Below are positions 1 to 8,664 of a stretch of 32,516 bases of DNA, in pieces. The notes beneath the pieces were generated by a model. It had not been told where the DNA came from. It searched no databases and saw only the letters and a program-made list of their open reading frames with translations. The DNA lies in the IMG/VR virus record IMGVR_UViG_3300033508_000213, positions 1 through 32,516 of that record. One strand, 5' to 3'. The position numbers and the translations under genes were made by a program. Position 1 is the first letter of the stretch. Every line of letters starts with the position of its first letter. Source of the DNA: a virus. Its lineage: Duplodnaviria; Caudoviricetes.

Positions 1-3000
1 AGGAAGTCCTTCGTCGGCATGCGGTAGGCGGCATTGAGTCCCGCGCCGAGAAAGTTTTTGGCAATGGTGGACGCTTTCCACGCCAGTGCGAGATAGGCTT
101 GCGAGGAAATCACGGTTTCCATGAGCCAGCTGGATTTCGGATTGTTGAAGCCATTGCCATCGATGGCCTGCATCCACTTTTGCAGCGCGTTGGCCGCCTC
201 CGGACTGCGTGCCATGAGAGCTTCCTTCACCTCCGGGCGCCCAAGCACGCCGTGGATTTCCCGCGAGATTTCCGCCAGGGCCTTCCAGTGTTCCGTTTGG
301 TTGAGGTGATTGAAATAGATCTTGAAGGCGCTTTCCGCCCTCGGCTTGGCGAGGTGCCGCTTGCGGTCCTTGAGGAATCCTTGCTTGAAACCGCCCTCCA
401 CGATGCCGCCGCCATCGACATTCATCGGCGACTCGTCGCCCTGGGAGAAGAATTTCCCGGGCGTGTAGTTTTCCGTCTGTTTCAGATCGACGCCGAACAT
501 GCGGGCGAAGAGTGCGCGCAGCGGTTCGTAGTTCCCGGCGTATTCGCTGGCGAGGTGCTCGCGCATGCCTTGTGCGGCAGTGCTGAATTGGGCTTCGAGT
601 TCCGCTTGAAACTCCTCGCCCATGCCATGCAAGCGCATGCCGGGCCGATAGCCGTCCTGCGCCCACATCATGCTCAGATAGATCGCTTCCGTGGTGGTGA
701 ATTCTACGGGGTCCGCTGGCTTACGCGTGACGCGTTGCAGAGTGAGGAATTCTTTCTGGCTGTCTGCCGGCAGTGCCTCGAATTGTTCGGTGAGTTGCGC
801 GCTTTCCTGCGCCGTGAGACCGAGGCTCTTCTTCTTCTCCGCATCAAAGAAGGTGTCAATTGGCACCTTGAACGTTTCATGAATCTCCGGGCGCACCGAT
901 GCCTTGATATCGGCGACGTTCTCCATATCCCACAGCATGCGACGGGCGGCCCGGCCTTTCAGTCCGGTCGCTTGTTCCATGGCGGTTTTCCAGCGTTTTT
1001 GCGCTGCAATAATCGCCCCGGTGCGGGCGCGGAACGCCTCGCGGGTGGCGGTGGCCCAGCGCTTTGCAAGCACGCTGTCCCGGCCAAAGGTCTTTTCCAG
1101 CACCTCGCGGAAAGACAGCATCGACCACGCGATATCCTTGGTTTTGCCGCGCAGCGTCTTGGCCGCCTTGCGCGTCTCGGCCACATCAGAATCTTTCGGA
1201 TTCCCTAACTCCTTGAGCGCTTGAGTGCCAAGGGCGCGCACTGCCGTGATGCGGGCTTCTTCCGTGGTGCGCCAGGCGTTGCGGTTGGTTTCGTAAACTT
1301 CGCGGAGTTGTTCGATGGCGCGGCCCATTTCCGCCGCGCTCTTATCGGCGAACGCGCCGTAGGTCATGAGAATCTGGTAACGTTCGGCGGCGTTGGCCAG
1401 TTCGTCGTCGGTCATTTCATCCATCTTGCTATCGAGCACGGCCATTGCCCCAGTGATGTCATCGGCGCTCATGTGGCGCACTTGCTTAACCTGTTCGAAA
1501 TACCGGTGGCCTTCCGCCCCGAGTTTGCCCTTGGCTTTTTTGCCAGCCTCGCGCTTGGCGTCGGACCGCTCAATGAGCTTGTCGAGCATCTTGCCGTATT
1601 CCTTGCCGAGCCACTTTTCGATTTCTGCATCCGCCTTGGCGATGCGTTCGTTGAGGAATTTCAGGCGGGCCTCGTCGGTGCCGAGCTTGGCGAGTTGGGT
1701 GTAGCCGCCGATGCGGCCGCGCACTTCGGGCGGGAGCACGGACAAGATGCCGTCGAGCATGGCGAGGGCGCGCAACAGGCGCTGGCGGGGCGAGTAGTTG
1801 GCAGCCTCTTCCTTGAGGCGTTCGTTTTCCCAGGCGTTGGCTTCCTCCTTGGCTTGCAGGCGGGCCTTGCGCAGGTCCTCTTGCGCGGCCTTCATGAATT
1901 CCCTCATCTTCGTCACGCTCTTTGCCTCGCGCTGGAGAGCGTCCCACATGGCGTCTGGAGTGGGGGAGTTGATCAAGCCCGCGTCGAAGAGTTCTTGCGC
2001 GGCTTGATCCGGCATGAGTTCGCCACCGAAGAGCGAGCGGGAGGCCGCCCCCGCGCCGTCGTAGTCGCCTTGTTTTTTCGGATCGAAAAACGTCTCGCCC
2101 CGCGCGGCTGCCGCCGACTGCGACATGAGACGGCCGCGCAATGGCGTGTCCGGGTTGGCTAGGTAGCCATGCACCGGTTGCGCTTTGAGTTGCGCCAGCT
2201 CCTTTTGATCCAGAATCCCGCCGTGGCGGGCGTGCGCCTCGTCTTCGAGCTCTTCCCGGCGCAGGGCTTCGCGCATGTTGCGCTCCTTGCGAATCGATGC
2301 GGACTTGCGCGGGTCTTCGATGGCCTTGCGTTTGTAGCCCTTGCCGAAGGCGATGCCGAGCTCGTCCTTGTCGCGCTTGAGTGCGCCGAGCTTGTCGAGC
2401 ATGCGGGTGAACATGGCGGCCTTGACGCGTGGGTCCTTGATGCGGGCGGCGGCGTTGAGTTGCAGGCCCTCGACCATCGACGCGGGCGCGAGGGAAAGCG
2501 GAGAGGATTCAGACGCTACTTTGACGGCAGCGGGAAGTGTGTCCTTGATTTCCTCCAAAAAACCGCCTATGGTTTGAGCGGGTCCGGGCTTTGAGGACGC
2601 TGAAGATTCTCCGGAATCCGAAAGCGACTCCTCTGGAAGTCCGGGCCTGTTTGTTTTATCGAACAAGCCAAATTCATAAAAGACGGATGCTTCGCCGCTT
2701 TTCGGATCAAGAGCGTTGAACCATGCGACCGCCGCCTTGCCATCGATCACAACTGGCATCGCAAAATAGCTCACTGCGTCATAAGTGGCTTCCTTGCCAC
2801 CTTTCGAAGGGATAGCCCCAAGATAAACAGACTCCTCTGTGATCCCTTCGATTTCTTTTGCCGCCCGGAATGCGGTTTCTTTGCGTAACTTGCTCGGTGC
2901 CTCCCGTTTGCTGGTGCCCGTGAAAGTGATGCTACGTTCGCTGTCACGATTGGTCAGAGTCTTGCCAACCAAATGATTTGCAATGTGTTCCCTAATGGCT

Positions 3001-5981
3001 TTATGCCAGTCCTTTTTTGCCCCGGGCAGCGCCGCCGTGGTAATCACCAGTGGTTTGATTGGTCGTGAATTGCGCTCCACGCTGGAAGGCACCAGACTGA
3101 ACGGCGCGTCCACCTCCAGCGCCGCTTCGCCAACGAGCGCGGCGGCCTCATCGCGGGCCATGCCGTTGTGTTCCGCCTGGTGATCGCGGCCGGTGAGCTT
3201 GTCGAGGAAGGCCTCGTAGCTGGCCATGTCGAAGCGGCCTTCACGAAAGCCCTTCTGCATGGCGAGGACGCGCGCGGAGGAAAGCCCGAAGACGCCGCGT
3301 GCGCCGTCGAGGAGGGCGCGGAACTTGCCCAGGCGTTTTTCGCCGACGAGTTTCGAGAGCGCGAGCAGGTTGCGCGAAATGATGCCGGGGGAGATTTTAA
3401 GAGTCTTGTCATCCTTGGCGCGCTTGCGGGTGCGGAGGATTTCCGCCTCGGCGATGTGGGAAATCCCTTCGTTGATCATGTCGTCGGTGATGTCCGCCTC
3501 CGCAATTCCTTCGGGCAGCAAGGCGAGTTTTTGCCCGGCGTTGCGGCCCTTGGTCAGCACCTTGCCTTGCATCACGGTATTGACGGCTTTCACGAATTGC
3601 AGCTTGTCGGCGCGGTTGATCGCGCCCGCTGCTTCCGCCCGGCTCACCATGCCGTGCACGGTCTCATGCACGATGGTTGTCACGCTCGCCCCGTGAAACA
3701 GGCGGTTGGTGAAGGTCCGCACCAAGCCGCGCGCTTCCGCTACGTTGCGGCCGAGCGCGGCGTAGGTGGTGGAGCCATCGCCGCCGTTGACTTGTTCTTG
3801 CATGGCCGCCTGCCGGGTGAACTGGTCGATGCTGGCCGGGTCTTCCGCCGCTGCGACCGCCTCGGTGTAAACCGTGCTCAGCTCAAAACTGTTCTTGGCA
3901 TTCGGGTCCCCGGCCATCGCCAGCGCCTCGTCCCCGGCTTCCAGCATCGTGGCCAGATAGGCCACGCGCTCAGACTTCACGTCATCGAGGGCGGCGCTGT
4001 GCGCCATGGCAATGCGCATCGCCCCGGGCATGTCGGGAGCCGTGCCGACTTCCTCCTTGGTCTCGCTATCGAGCACGGCGAAGCCCTCTCCGGAGCGGAT
4101 GATGTCTGGCACCAGCCCGGAGGCTTTCGCGGCTTCCATGGCGGCGCGTTGGGTGGCGGCCTCGGCTTCAAGTTTTTCGTTAGCCAGCTTGGCCGCCTCT
4201 CCCTGCGGATCGAGGGTGGCTAGCATGCCGTCTGCGGCCTCGACCTGAGCCCCCATGCCATCCGCCATGCGGAAATTCGAAATGCCTTCCGGGGTGGCAC
4301 CAGCTGCAAGCAGTTGCGTGTCTGAGGCGGCTTGAAGCTCAGCGATGCGGGAGCGGTCCGCAATCACCCCTTTACCGCCCAGGATGATCGAGATTGGAAG
4401 CATGGTGAGGATGTTTTGCGCGCTGTCTTTCCAATAGCCATCGAACACCCCGTTCTTGCCGTTCTGCCAATCGATATGATCCACATCCATCTTGAGCGCC
4501 GCCGCTGCGTTCTGCACCAGATCCGGCAGCAGGCCTTGCCATTGCTCTATGGTGCCCTCTTGCATCGCGCCCGCCGTGACGCGGGCGAGCATGACAGCAC
4601 TCTTGCTTTTCATGCGCCTGGTGGCGGCCTGCATGGCCTTTTCGAAAATGGGCAGCTTGCCCGCGAAGGCTTTGATTTGCAGCTTCTCCAAGAGGAGTTC
4701 CGGCACGGCGACGATGGGCGCGAGGGTCAGCGCCTTGTCGGACGCTTCCTCGTAGGAATCGCCCACAGCTTCGAAACGGCCCCGGAATTCTTGATAGGCG
4801 CTTTCGTGCGCATTTGCGGCAAAGGCCATTTGCCCGAAATAAGGAACGGCGGCGGCCGCCGTGGTCGCCAGTGCCCCGGGCGCGGAATATAAGGCGGACT
4901 CGGCCACGCGCGCCCATGATCCGTCATCGCTTAGCCAGTCGATCTTGTCGAAGGAAGTTTGTTCGGCGCGTATGACGTCGGCTACAAAGTCAGCGCGCTG
5001 GCGGTCGGCGGCGTCGGCCGCAACCCGTTCGGGGGACGTATCTTCAGCGAGCCCCATTTGCAGAAAGGAATCATAATAATCCTTCTCGGCCGCCGTGACA
5101 GCGAATTGCCCCACATCCCGCCCGGTCTGTTGTTTGAGGTTGGCCCAGAGTTCCTTGCGTTCCGGCTCCGGCAGCGCCTCGCTGGCCGTTTTCAGGGCCT
5201 TCATGAATTCCCCCCGGGTGGCGGCATCAGGCATCGCGCGATAAGCGTTTTCTGCCGCAGCGCGCACGCCGGACTTGGCGCGGAAGGCCCCGAACACATC
5301 CGCCAGCGGCTCGGCAAAGGGTTCCATCTTCTCGCGCAGATGGTTCCGCTGTTCGTAGAACCTCGAATGCAAATCCGCATCCTTGCCCGGCTTGTATGCG
5401 GGGGATGCTTGGAACTTTTCCCGGACCCCGGCCCAGACGCCCGCGTTGTGCGTCGGATCGACCATGGAAATGGCCGCCGCCTTCGCCGCCTCACTGGCCA
5501 GCGAGGTGTAGAGCTCCTTTTCCTCCTTGCGCCCCTGTGCGGCCTTGACGAGCTCGCCGTGGAATTCATCGGCATCGAGCGCCCCCTTGCCGCCGAATTC
5601 CTTATGCGCGATGCTGGCGCGGTAAAGATCCGCAGCATCGGCGGATAGGTCAGGTTGGCCGGTCTTGAGGCGCAGGTAGCCATGCACCACGAACGCGCGC
5701 TTGTCTTTTTCCTGATCATCGCTGAACTGGTTGGGCGGGAGCGGATGCTTCTTGAAAAAATCAGGGTCCAGCAAGGCGGAATCCAGCTTTTCCAGATAGG
5801 CGCGTTGTTTCTTGCGCGCCTCCTGCATGCGCGCGGCTTCCTGTTCCTCCCATGGCCGGGCCATTTCCTCCGCCATCGGCGAGGCAGCGGATTGCGGGAT
5901 GCCAGCGGTAAGCGGCAGCGTGGCCCCGAGTGGCGAGGTGCTGGCGGAGGCGAAGCCCCCTTCAAGGGATGCGGTGATCAT
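1..5981 (-). CDS. Giant internal virion / polyvalent protein (>1990 aa, 3' end outside window) with HExxH metallopeptidase and LPD3-like domains
   Basis: Missing from the ORF track because it runs off the edge. My manual translation from ATG 5981 (ATGA overlap with the upstream gene stop) reads MITASLEGGF... to ...YRMPTKDF at position 3 with no stop found. HETVH at 3654-3668. Last gene of the internal-virion block, in the T7 gp16 position. Confidence 0.85.
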   Translation of the reverse strand, partial: MITASLEGGFASASTSPLGATLPLTAGIPQSAASPMAEEMARPWEEQEAARMQEARKKQRAYLEKLDSALLDPDFFKKHPLPPNQFSDDQEKDKRAFVVHGYLRLKTGQPDLSADAADLYRASIAHKEFGGKGALDADEFHGELVKAAQGRKEEKELYTSLASEAAKAAAISMVDPTHNAGVWAGVREKFQASPAYKPGKDADLHSRFYEQRNHLREKMEPFAEPLADVFGAFRAKSGVRAAAENAYRAMPDAATRGEFMKALKTASEALPEPERKELWANLKQQTGRDVGQFAVTAAEKDYYDSFLQMGLAEDTSPERVAADAADRQRADFVADVIRAEQTSFDKIDWLSDDGSWARVAESALYSAPGALATTAAAAVPYFGQMAFAANAHESAYQEFRGRFEAVGDSYEEASDKALTLAPIVAVPELLLEKLQIKAFAGKLPIFEKAMQAATRRMKSKSAVMLARVTAGAMQEGTIEQWQGLLPDLVQNAAAALKMDVDHIDWQNGKNGVFDGYWKDSAQNILTMLPISIILGGKGVIADRSRIAELQAASDTQLLAAGATPEGISNFRMADGMGAQVEAADGMLATLDPQGEAAKLANEKLEAEAATQRAAMEAAKASGLVPDIIRSGEGFAVLDSETKEEVGTAPDMPGAMRIAMAHSAALDDVKSERVAYLATMLEAGDEALAMAGDPNAKNSFELSTVYTEAVAAAEDPASIDQFTRQAAMQEQVNGGDGSTTYAALGRNVAEARGLVRTFTNRLFHGASVTTIVHETVHGMVSRAEAAGAINRADKLQFVKAVNTVMQGKVLTKGRNAGQKLALLPEGIAEADITDDMINEGISHIAEAEILRTRKRAKDDKTLKISPGIISRNLLALSKLVGEKRLGKFRALLDGARGVFGLSSARVLAMQKGFREGRFDMASYEAFLDKLTGRDHQAEHNGMARDEAAALVGEAALEVDAPFSLVPSSVERNSRPIKPLVITTAALPGAKKDWHKAIREHIANHLVGKTLTNRDSERSITFTGTSKREAPSKLRKETAFRAAKEIEGITEESVYLGAIPSKGGKEATYDAVSYFAMPVVIDGKAAVAWFNALDPKSGEASVFYEFGLFDKTNRPGLPEESLSDSGESSASSKPGPAQTIGGFLEEIKDTLPAAVKVASESSPLSLAPASMVEGLQLNAAARIKDPRVKAAMFTRMLDKLGALKRDKDELGIAFGKGYKRKAIEDPRKSASIRKERNMREALRREELEDEAHARHGGILDQKELAQLKAQPVHGYLANPDTPLRGRLMSQSAAAARGETFFDPKKQGDYDGAGAASRSLFGGELMPDQAAQELFDAGLINSPTPDAMWDALQREAKSVTKMREFMKAAQEDLRKARLQAKEEANAWENERLKEEAANYSPRQRLLRALAMLDGILSVLPPEVRGRIGGYTQLAKLGTDEARLKFLNERIAKADAEIEKWLGKEYGKMLDKLIERSDAKREAGKKAKGKLGAEGHRYFEQVKQVRHMSADDITGAMAVLDSKMDEMTDDELANAAERYQILMTYGAFADKSAAEMGRAIEQLREVYETNRNAWRTTEEARITAVRALGTQALKELGNPKDSDVAETRKAAKTLRGKTKDIAWSMLSFREVLEKTFGRDSVLAKRWATATREAFRARTGAIIAAQKRWKTAMEQATGLKGRAARRMLWDMENVADIKASVRPEIHETFKVPIDTFFDAEKKKSLGLTAQESAQLTEQFEALPADSQKEFLTLQRVTRKPADPVEFTTTEAIYLSMMWAQDGYRPGMRLHGMGEEFQAELEAQFSTAAQGMREHLASEYAGNYEPLRALFARMFGVDLKQTENYTPGKFFSQGDESPMNVDGGGIVEGGFKQGFLKDRKRHLAKPRAESAFKIYFNHLNQTEHWKALAEISREIHGVLGRPEVKEALMARSPEAANALQKWMQAIDGNGFNNPKSSWLMETVISSQAYLALAWKASTIAKNFLGAGLNAAYRMPTKDF

Positions 5982-7669
5982 GGTTCGGGAAGATCGATAG
6001 TGAAAGTGGAAGGGGCCGCCATTTCCTCGCGGGTCGGCAGCACGCCAAATGCGGGGTCAAAGCCGGATTCATCGATGCCGGCATCCATGGCGGATTGCCA
6101 ACGGGTAGGACCCACGGCGCGGGCCATCTCCGCTTTCACCTTGGCGTCGTCTTCGGCATCCTTCGGATGGGCGGCGGCCCATTTTTCCATGTGGTCAAGT
6201 ACCCGGCCATAAGCGGCAATCGCGTTCATGCGTCCGGCTTGCGCTTTTTGGGATTCCTCCGGGGTCTTGGGAATGACGTCCTTGCGTTCGATAATCGCTT
6301 GGGCGGTCCGCTGAGTGTATTCGTCAGCGGTCTTGTTTCCCGAAAACTTCGGATACAGCCTTAGAAACGCTGCCTTCCGCTTATCCTTGGAGAGCTCCGG
6401 ATTCATGATCTCATCAGCCTGATCAGGGGATGCCCCCAGCGCCTGCAACTTCGCGCCGTCCTGAAAGAAGTCATCGCCGATGGCATCATCCACCGTCTGC
6501 GGCTTGTCGATCAGTGCTGCCCCGAAAAGACCGCCCTTGGCCGTCTCCTTGAGTATGCCGAGATTCAGCTTCAATGCGGTAGGCGGATCTGTTTTTCCGG
6601 TGAGTTTCGCCTTCATCTGCGCACTCAGTGAGGACTTGATAGGCCCCTCTTCGATGCGCTCCAAATAGCTCTGAAGATCGTATTGCCGGGATACGTCGTC
6701 AGTATCCAGATTATCCAGCCCGGTGGACACCATGCCAATCATGCGCTCCTGGTAGGGCTTACTTTTCCAGCTGTCTTGGAGAGCTTTATTCGTGGATTTC
6801 TCCATGTCATCGCCGATTTTCTGGATGAGGTTCGCGCCGAGCTCATCCTCCCATTCTTTGAGTTGATCGCGCTTCACGATCTTTTTCGCGGCGATGGCAT
6901 CACTGATGTTGTTGAGAATTCCCGCCTGCTCTTGCGCACGGGCTACGCGGGCGCGGTCGCGGTGTTTGGCATAGAGTTCCTTGTCCGCCCCTTCGGGTGG
7001 TTCGGGCGATTCGTAATCCTTCCAGACCTCGATGGGGTTGGCGTTGATGCGCGCTTGCTCCGCATCGAAGGCGGCCTTGGTTTGGTGATTTTTGGCGTGC
7101 TTGCGGTTGGCTTGAATGTCGGACTTCTCCTCTTCAGGCAGCAGGAGCTTTTTCCCGGCCTCACGCAGGCGCTGCTCGGCCTGATCATGAAGTCCAGCGT
7201 CTTGGAGCTCGCGCACTTCATTGGTCAGTGCCTGCCTGGCCCGCGCGACGGTTTGGCGTGTCTTGTCGAGCATCACATCGTTCTGCGAGGTTTGCGCCCA
7301 GCCTTGGAAGGTGGCATCCAGTTCCGCTTTCATGAACGGGCTCATGCGTTCTTGGAAAACCTTCTCGCGCGCCTTGCCGACGCGCTCCCCCATATCCGCC
7401 TCCCACGCCGATTCATCGGGATTCTGCATGCGGAATTCCTGATGCTCGGCAAAGGCTTGCTGCATGGCCAGGCGGGCATTGCTTTTTACGCCCTGATCCT
7501 GCGCGTCTTGGAATTTTAAGCCGATGTCACCCACCGTCTCAGCGGCGCGGGTAACGTCATTGCCTGCTTTCTGCATTGCATTGCCGACGGCCATCGCCGC
7601 GCCCATGGATGGGGTGGCAGGGTCATAGCGGCCGGAAAGGTTGGGATTGAGGTCGGGGATCAGTGCCAT
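5978..7669 (-). CDS. Putative internal virion (ejection) protein
   Basis: 563-aa helical, Ala/Gln/Glu/Lys-rich ORF located between the small internal protein and the giant protein, as in podovirus gene order. Confidence 0.6.
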   Translation of the reverse strand: MALIPDLNPNLSGRYDPATPSMGAAMAVGNAMQKAGNDVTRAAETVGDIGLKFQDAQDQGVKSNARLAMQQAFAEHQEFRMQNPDESAWEADMGERVGKAREKVFQERMSPFMKAELDATFQGWAQTSQNDVMLDKTRQTVARARQALTNEVRELQDAGLHDQAEQRLREAGKKLLLPEEEKSDIQANRKHAKNHQTKAAFDAEQARINANPIEVWKDYESPEPPEGADKELYAKHRDRARVARAQEQAGILNNISDAIAAKKIVKRDQLKEWEDELGANLIQKIGDDMEKSTNKALQDSWKSKPYQERMIGMVSTGLDNLDTDDVSRQYDLQSYLERIEEGPIKSSLSAQMKAKLTGKTDPPTALKLNLGILKETAKGGLFGAALIDKPQTVDDAIGDDFFQDGAKLQALGASPDQADEIMNPELSKDKRKAAFLRLYPKFSGNKTADEYTQRTAQAIIERKDVIPKTPEESQKAQAGRMNAIAAYGRVLDHMEKWAAAHPKDAEDDAKVKAEMARAVGPTRWQSAMDAGIDESGFDPAFGVLPTREEMAAPSTFTIDLPEP

Positions 7670-7674
7670 GGGGT

Positions 7675-8265
7675 TTATCTTACAGGGATTGCTTTAGGGG
7701 CATTGCTGGTGTCGGTGCCGGTGTTGGTGCCGGTGTTGGTGCCGGTGCCAAACGCGCCGGACTTGTAGGCGTTGCCAGCGATGCCAGCGGTATCAGATAG
7801 CAAGGTGCCGTAAGCACTGATGCGGGTAGCGGCCGCTTGTTGGCGGCCTTCCCACAGCGCCACCGCGCCGGAACGGCGTTGGTTGCTGGCCTCCATGGCA
7901 TTGCCTCGGGCCGCGTCTTGAATCCGCAGCTCCATGCCGCCCGCCGTCTCCGCGAAGACGTCCATGCTGGAACCATCCATCACCACGCCACTGGTGCCAT
8001 GATCCGCCCGCAGCCGGGCGAGAGCGCGGCGTTTGTTGATGCGTTCCCGTTTGATGGCCTCCGCGCCTTCCAGCTCGGTATTGCGCGCGGCCATTTCGGC
8101 GGCCTTGTTCTGAGCCTTGGCGTTGTCCTCGGCGGCTTCGGCGGCGTTCTTGCTGCCTTGGTAGGAAACGGCCGCACCGGCTGCCGCGCTTATTGCGCTT
8201 ATTGCGGCGAAGACATAAAAAAGATCGTCGAATACGAATACGGCAAGCCAGGTGAAAGGGTCCAT
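7675..8265 (-). CDS. Putative small internal virion protein (T7 gp14 position)
   Basis: Hydrophobic Ala/Gly-rich N-terminus, coiled-coil centre, SGV..GSS motif; synteny. Confidence 0.6.
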   Translation of the reverse strand: MDPFTWLAVFVFDDLFYVFAAISAISAAAGAAVSYQGSKNAAEAAEDNAKAQNKAAEMAARNTELEGAEAIKRERINKRRALARLRADHGTSGVVMDGSSMDVFAETAGGMELRIQDAARGNAMEASNQRRSGAVALWEGRQQAAATRISAYGTLLSDTAGIAGNAYKSGAFGTGTNTGTNTGTDTSNAPKAIPVR

Positions 8266-8268
8266 AAG

Positions 8269-8664
8269 TTAGAGATTCTTTACAAGGTGAGTGCAGCCGG
8301 TGGCGGCGATGGTGAAGCCGCAGGCTTGCGCTTCCCGCAGCATGCCCGCACGTTCCACTGAAGCGAAGAGGACGCGGGCACCGCCAGCCCGGGCCGTATC
8401 GGCAAGCGAAAGAAACACCGCCCGGCAGGCGGCACGGGTGAGGGCGGGACCGCAGCCCGGCTTACTCACCAGCCAATCGAGCATGGCCACCCGGCAGCTG
8501 GGGGGCGTGTAAAGCCACGCGGCCGCCAGCGGTTCGCCTGCCTCATCCAGCGCACAGGCCCCGGCAGGCGGCAGCAGGTCGGCAGGCATCGGGCCATCGT
8601 CGCGCGCGGGCCACCACGGCAGGATTTTTCCCAGCGTCTCGGAAGTAACGGGTTCAACGCGCAT
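8269..8664 (-). CDS. GNAT-fold acetyltransferase-like protein (T7 gp13 position)
   Basis: ATG 8664 (MRVEPVTSE) overlaps the tail B stop; GNAT-like pattern ending ...QACGF; synteny. Confidence 0.5.
   Translation of the reverse strand: MRVEPVTSETLGKILPWWPARDDGPMPADLLPPAGACALDEAGEPLAAAWLYTPPSCRVAMLDWLVSKPGCGPALTRAACRAVFLSLADTARAGGARVLFASVERAGMLREAQACGFTIAATGCTHLVKNL

Noticed and set aside
99-5648. Long plus-strand ORFs (99-1208, 1221-2162, 3168-4223, 4959-5648 and others)
   Set aside because: These are antisense shadows of the single giant minus-strand gene in GC-rich DNA and show no recognisable protein motifs.
7706-7748. 12-bp tandem repeat (GTNT)n in the small internal virion gene
   Set aside because: A short in-frame low-complexity linker with no sign of a separate function.
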